20,000 nt of DNA, taken from the IMG/VR virus record IMGVR_UViG_3300047319_001747. One strand, 5' to 3'. Below are positions 16,030 through 20,000 of the stretch, piece by piece. Each line of letters opens with the position of its first letter. Position 1 is the stretch's first letter. Below the pieces are notes generated by a model, which worked only from the letters and a program-made list of their open reading frames with translations, was not told where the DNA came from and did not search any database. Made by a program: the position numbers and the translations under genes. Source of the stretch: an uncultured virus (IMG/VR IMGVR_UViG_3300047319_001747) (Duplodnaviria > Heunggongvirae > Uroviricota > Caudoviricetes).

Positions 16030-18153
16030 ATGAAACGCCTCCTGTATCTGCTGCTCCTCACGTCGGCCTGCGCCACCATCCCGCCCAAGCCCGTGCCACC
16101 TGGGCCTCCGGTGCCGCTGCACCTCGGGGTCGTCGGCGCGTATCACGGTCCGCTCGATGACGCCACCCTGAAGACGATGGCGGGGTCCTCGGACCTGACG
16201 CTGCGCGCGGCGGTGACGAGTGTCGAGCAGGCGCGGGCGATTGCGGCGTCCGTCCAGGCGTACCCGACGCTCCATATCCTCTGGCTGGTCGAGACGGCGA
16301 ACGGGCCGCTGCTGGAGGCGTTGCTGCCGGTCCTGACGGCTCCGGCGCCGAATCCGACGGCGGGCATCGAGCTGGGGAACGAACTGGATCTGGCGGGGTT
16401 GACGTCGGCGCAATTCGGGGCGTGGATTCGGGCGGCGCATTCCTCCCTCCGGGCGAACGGGTACACCGGCCGGATCATCTCGGGCGGCATCTTTACCACC
16501 CAGCCGGAACAACTGCGGTGGCTGACGCAGGCGGGGGTCCCGACGTGGCCGACGGACATCGTCGTCGGGCTGCACCGGTACGGCGGACCGGACGATCCGG
16601 TGTCCGGCTATCGGACGCGTGACGACGAGACGAACGCGATCCTGGCGGCGGCGGCGGGGCATGCGATCGCGTTTACGGAGTTCGGGTACCCGACGTTCAC
16701 CCCGGCGGATGAGGCGTGGGCGGCGAACGCAGTGCTCACCGATCTGAACTGGTTCCGGAAGGCGCGGGCGGAACTGGCGACGGAGTACCAGTATACGGAC
16801 GGCCCCGGCACCGGGAACCTGGATCACTTCGGCGTGCGCGCGTTCGACGGGCGGTGGAAGCCGGTGTCCGTGTCCATTGGGATTCCGATGGCGACGGGGC
16901 CTCCGGCGTCCGCCACGGTCGCGGCCGACCTCGTCGCCTGCAAGACACCCTTCCTGGATAACTATTGCGACGGTCCGGCGGGCGCGGTGTTCGCGGTCGA
17001 GACGGCGCCCAACGTCTGGCGGACGTATCACGGGGACGGCAACGGCTACGCGTGGGCGGCGGACCTGCCCAACGTCCCTGACAGCCGCATCACCATCTCG
17101 GCGCCCGGCTACTTCACGCTCGGGCCGCTCCACCTCGACATCAACCATCAGCCGCCCATCCCGACGGACCTCGTCGCGGTCAACGCGGCGGGCGTGCACA
17201 ACGCGTGGCCACTGCAAGCCACGCCGCCGCCGTTCCCGGCACCACCCACGCGACAGTCCGTCCTCAACGTCCACATCACCGGGCAGGGCCTGACCGTCGA
17301 CACGCAGCAGTACGGGACGCTGCCGTGGTGGGAAGCGGCGCTGACCTACCTGACGCCCACCGACCGCAACGCGGTCTATGCGGCGAAGCACGCGTCGACG
17401 GCGTGGCCGGGCGGCGACACGCACGCCATCATCGCGGTCCCGAGCGGGCGGGCGCTCTACGACGAGCCGAACCAGCCGTACAGTGCTGATCGCTTCCCGC
17501 CGCTGGACTGGACGCACGGCGGCACGGCGATGGTGCCCGAGTTCGATCAGTTGGTCATCGAGGTGATCCAGCACGGCTTCACGCCGATGATCTTCCTCGA
17601 CGAGACGATGGACACGTCCTACAAGACGCTGCCCGTCGTCTTGGACGCGCTGCAGCACTCGACGCTCGGCGACCTGACGCCCTACGTACTGGTCCTGCCA
17701 GGGTGGGACGGCGTGTTCTATGGCTGGGAGCCGTCGCACGAGGTGATTCCCAAGTGGGCGGCGAACGCCCGCGCCCTCTGTCCGCGGTGCTACCTCGGCA
17801 TCGAGCACAACGTCGGCCACATCCCGCTCGGCGAAGGCCCGTCGGACTGGACATCGACTGGGCTGATGAAGGACTTCGACGTCCTCTTCAGCGAGTTCTG
17901 GGACGGCATCTTCGACGACACCGTCTACCAGGTCGCCGGCCGCACCATCCGGCCCTACAACCGTCCGGCGGATCAGGTGGGCGACCCCAACCCGCCGATG
18001 TACATGCAGGGCAACGTGCGCGACCCGAACGCGCAGCCCGCGTGCTTCTTCGAGTTCGGCATGTACGGCTGGGTGCGGTCGACGTCATCGGCGGCGTCGA
18101 TTATCGCGTGGCGGCAGCGCTTCAAGGACATCGGCTATACGTGTGGAGGATGA
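16030..18153 (+). CDS. Predicted lipoprotein with a clan GH-A (GH5/GH39-like) glycoside hydrolase domain and further domains, 707 aa
   Basis: ATG 16030 gives the signal peptide MKRLLYLLLLTSA|C (lipobox Cys14); acid/base 'ELGNE' (GNE at 16375-16383), 'GLHRY', nucleophile 'FTEFGY' (TEFG at 16675-16686), 'HFGV...DGRWKP'; Pro-rich linkers. Confidence 0.7.
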   Translation: MKRLLYLLLLTSACATIPPKPVPPGPPVPLHLGVVGAYHGPLDDATLKTMAGSSDLTLRAAVTSVEQARAIAASVQAYPTLHILWLVETANGPLLEALLPVLTAPAPNPTAGIELGNELDLAGLTSAQFGAWIRAAHSSLRANGYTGRIISGGIFTTQPEQLRWLTQAGVPTWPTDIVVGLHRYGGPDDPVSGYRTRDDETNAILAAAAGHAIAFTEFGYPTFTPADEAWAANAVLTDLNWFRKARAELATEYQYTDGPGTGNLDHFGVRAFDGRWKPVSVSIGIPMATGPPASATVAADLVACKTPFLDNYCDGPAGAVFAVETAPNVWRTYHGDGNGYAWAADLPNVPDSRITISAPGYFTLGPLHLDINHQPPIPTDLVAVNAAGVHNAWPLQATPPPFPAPPTRQSVLNVHITGQGLTVDTQQYGTLPWWEAALTYLTPTDRNAVYAAKHASTAWPGGDTHAIIAVPSGRALYDEPNQPYSADRFPPLDWTHGGTAMVPEFDQLVIEVIQHGFTPMIFLDETMDTSYKTLPVVLDALQHSTLGDLTPYVLVLPGWDGVFYGWEPSHEVIPKWAANARALCPRCYLGIEHNVGHIPLGEGPSDWTSTGLMKDFDVLFSEFWDGIFDDTVYQVAGRTIRPYNRPADQVGDPNPPMYMQGNVRDPNAQPACFFEFGMYGWVRSTSSAASIIAWRQRFKDIGYTCGG

Positions 18154-18157
18154 GACG

Positions 18158-18367
18158 ATGATCGAGAAGCTGGTCAAGGTCTGGCCGTTGGTCGTTGCCG
18201 TCGTCAGCCTACTGGCGTGGGCGGGACATGCGCTGCTGACGTGGCAGGAACACCTCATCACCGAGCAACGGCGGTGCGAGCGGATCGCACTGCTGGAACG
18301 GATCTTCGTCAGCGAGCATCCGCAGTACAGTCAAACGTTCTTCTATCCAGGAGCGACACAATGCTGA
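18158..18367 (+). CDS. Small single-TM membrane protein (holin/lysis accessory candidate), 69 aa
   Basis: GGAGGA RBS, ATG 18158; hydrophobic 'WPLVVAVVSLLAWAGHALLTW' followed by a charged helix. Confidence 0.6.
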   Translation: MIEKLVKVWPLVVAVVSLLAWAGHALLTWQEHLITEQRRCERIALLERIFVSEHPQYSQTFFYPGATQC

Positions 18368-18663
18368 CGCACGACAGGCGCGGGATGGGCTGGTGGCGAC
18401 TGTGGCTCGACTCGCTGGACAGCAACGGCGGCCACCTCTTCCTGCTCGCGACGATCATCATCGTCGGAATGGTGCTGCTGAAGTTCCAGTGGTCGGCCCA
18501 GAAGGCGGGCGAGCTGGTGACGGGCGCGTTCGGCGCGATGCTGGCGATGCTGAAGACGGTCAGCAGCAACAGGGAGCAGCAGGGGACGTCGTCGACGCTG
18601 ACCGCCGAGGTCAAGACGCTCGGCGCGGTCGAGGACAAAGGAGGAGAAGGTGACACCAAATGA
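18361..18663 (+). CDS. Two-TM membrane protein, holin candidate, 100 aa
   Basis: AGGAG RBS, ATG 18361; two hydrophobic helices and a hydrophilic charged C-terminus; end of late operon. Confidence 0.6.
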   Translation: MLTHDRRGMGWWRLWLDSLDSNGGHLFLLATIIIVGMVLLKFQWSAQKAGELVTGAFGAMLAMLKTVSSNREQQGTSSTLTAEVKTLGAVEDKGGEGDTK

Positions 18664-18838
18664 TTGGATCGTGTTCGCGTGGCTGGTTAGTGTCTTTGTA
18701 CTGTTATTTGGAGCACTGCACTGGCGCCGGTCTGAACAGGCACCGTGCCAGCGGTGCGGCTACCGCTCGCCAGCCGCGTCGAAGGAAGCGTTGATCAACG
18801 CGGAACATCGGAGACAATCAGAAGAGAGGCACACATGA
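18650..18838 (+). CDS. Small membrane protein with CxxC, 62 aa
   Basis: GTG start after GGAGAAG; one TM helix then 'CQRC'; ATGA-coupled to the next gene. Confidence 0.55.
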   Translation: MTPNDWIVFAWLVSVFVLLFGALHWRRSEQAPCQRCGYRSPAASKEALINAEHRRQSEERHT

Positions 18839-19203
18839 GGAGTCTAGTCGCACTACTGATCGTGGGGCTGAGCATCACGAGCTGCGCCACCGGGGCGCCA
18901 AACCTGACGCCGGTCGGACAGCACGCCTACACGGCGGACCAGGTGGCGATGCGGGTGGCGGAGCTGCAGAACGCGGCGATTCAAGCGGAGGCGACCGGAG
19001 GCCTGCCCACAGCGACGACGCGCGTCATCGTCCAGTTCGCCGTGACGGCGGCGCCCACGCTGCGGGCCGTGCCCAACGGGTGGCCGCAGACGGTGAGCGC
19101 CGCGTGGGCGGCGACGAAGATGCAACTCGGACCGATGACCAACCCGCTCGTCGTCGCGGCGATGAGCGCGCTTGACGTCGTCATAGCGGGGATACAGCCA
19201 TGA
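18835..19203 (+). CDS. Predicted lipoprotein (spanin-like candidate), 122 aa
   Basis: ATG 18835 after GAGAGG; MRSLVALLIVGLSITS|C lipobox; helical Ala-rich body. Confidence 0.65.
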   Translation: MRSLVALLIVGLSITSCATGAPNLTPVGQHAYTADQVAMRVAELQNAAIQAEATGGLPTATTRVIVQFAVTAAPTLRAVPNGWPQTVSAAWAATKMQLGPMTNPLVVAAMSALDVVIAGIQP

Positions 19204-19394
19204 ACGCCGCACTCTTGCTCGCGCTCCTCACGCAGGTCGGCCTTCCCGAGCTGGAAGCATGGCTGCGGTCGCTCCGCAGCAACGGGCAGACGACGCTGAC
19301 CGACGCCGACGTACTGGCCAAGCTGGCCACCGACACGAAGTTCATCGAGGACATCGGGAACGCGTGGCTGGCAGCGCACCCGGCCAAGCCGTAA
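19200..19394 (+). CDS. Hypothetical protein, 64 aa (last gene of the + strand operon)
   Basis: ATGA overlap with the lipoprotein gene; high-GC codon bias. Confidence 0.65.
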   Translation: MNAALLLALLTQVGLPELEAWLRSLRSNGQTTLTDADVLAKLATDTKFIEDIGNAWLAAHPAKP

Positions 19395-19403
19395 TCGTCT
19401 GCT

Positions 19404-19444
19404 GGTGGGCGCGGTGCCCTGGCTTCACTGGCATCGCGCCTGCT
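19404..19444 (+). terminator. Strong GC hairpin after the last late gene (terminator-like, no U-tract)
   Basis: GGTGGGCGCGGTGCC 19404-19418 pairs with GGCATCGCGCCTGCT 19430-19444 (including G-U pairs). Confidence 0.4.
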
Positions 19445-19587
19445 CCTCCGCCCCTTGGCTGCGACTGCGGGCGAGCGCCAACCTCCACGCCGCCACCCGC
19501 TCCTCAAAGAACGCCGTAGACGGGACGTGAAAATCGTCGGGCTCAGCGAGCACGCGCTCGTCGCGGATGATCTGCTCGATGATAAGC

Positions 19588-19718
19588 TCTCTAGAATGAG
19601 TCACTTAGGAGTAATCCTCGTGTAACTGACCTAGGAACGGCCGGAAGTCTGGCTATAGGGAAGCTAGGCAGCGAAGCCGTACGGCCTGCCTCGGGCCGTT
19701 CACCTATATCCTTAGAGA
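19588..19718 (+). ncRNA. Candidate structured non-coding RNA
   Basis: Nested stems with G-U pairs, a GTAA (GNRA) tetraloop hairpin and a possible pseudoknot, in a gene-free region between convergent genes. Confidence 0.35.
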
Positions 19719-19727
19719 ACCAAGGCG

Positions 19728-20000
19728 TCATTCAGTTGGCTCACTGGGCGGGACTGGGAGCAGGGCCGCGAGATCGGCCCACGCGACATACTCGATCTTC
19801 CACGTCAGGCCATCGTTTCGTGTAATCGTGTGGGCATTGCGCGGCAGGGCGCGGATCTGCGCGGGGAGATCAGGGGCGGGCGGGTGCGCGTGCAGGAGCG
19901 CGGCCACCTCGTCAGCGCATTCTTCTAAGCCCCACCCGCGTCCAATGCGATACGAATCCCCGTGGTCGCGGTCTTTCGCAGACTGTTCACGCCACTGAGC
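19728..20000 (-). CDS. 3' end of a convergent hypothetical phage protein (5'-truncated by the window edge)
   Basis: Manual translation of the - strand from 20000 gives 90 sense codons (AQWREQSAKDRDHGDSYRIGRGWGLEECADEVAALL...PSEPTE) with TGA at 19730-19728; absent from the ORF track because its start is outside the window. Confidence 0.6.
   Translation of the reverse strand, partial: AQWREQSAKDRDHGDSYRIGRGWGLEECADEVAALLHAHPPAPDLPAQIRALPRNAHTITRNDGLTWKIEYVAWADLAALLPVPPSEPTE

Noticed and set aside
19597..19715. HDV-like ribozyme suggested by TCCTCGT (19615-19621) and a downstream GG
   Set aside because: The required P1 and P3 helices contain mismatches and no convincing catalytic C-containing J4/2 strand is present; kept only as a generic structured RNA candidate.

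Overview
High-GC tailed-phage (siphovirus-type) late region, almost entirely on the + strand with tightly coupled genes (ATGA/GTGA/TGATG/TTGA overlaps). Order: four glycosyltransferases interspersed with small hypotheticals; HK97 gp10-like tail completion protein; tail terminator; major tail protein; tail assembly chaperones joined by a -1 frameshift; 1173-aa tape measure protein; a 1052-aa tail-tip protein (LamG domain + hub-like region) ending in a 193-aa tract of 34 His-x-Asp motifs; a translationally coupled radical SAM/SPASM enzyme that carries 5 His-x-Asp motifs in its own C-terminal tail; a hypothetical; a Cys-motif/methyltransferase fusion; a Zn-ribbon protein; a small tail fibre; a lipoprotein with a clan GH-A glycoside hydrolase domain; small membrane/lipoprotein (lysis-like) genes; a structured intergenic region; and the 3' end of a convergent - strand gene. 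The main candidate novel system is a RiPP-like post-translational modification cassette inside the tail module, in which a SPASM radical SAM enzyme (plus a methyltransferase fusion) may modify the His-x-Asp array of a virion tail protein. All family assignments come from motif recognition by eye; no searches were run.
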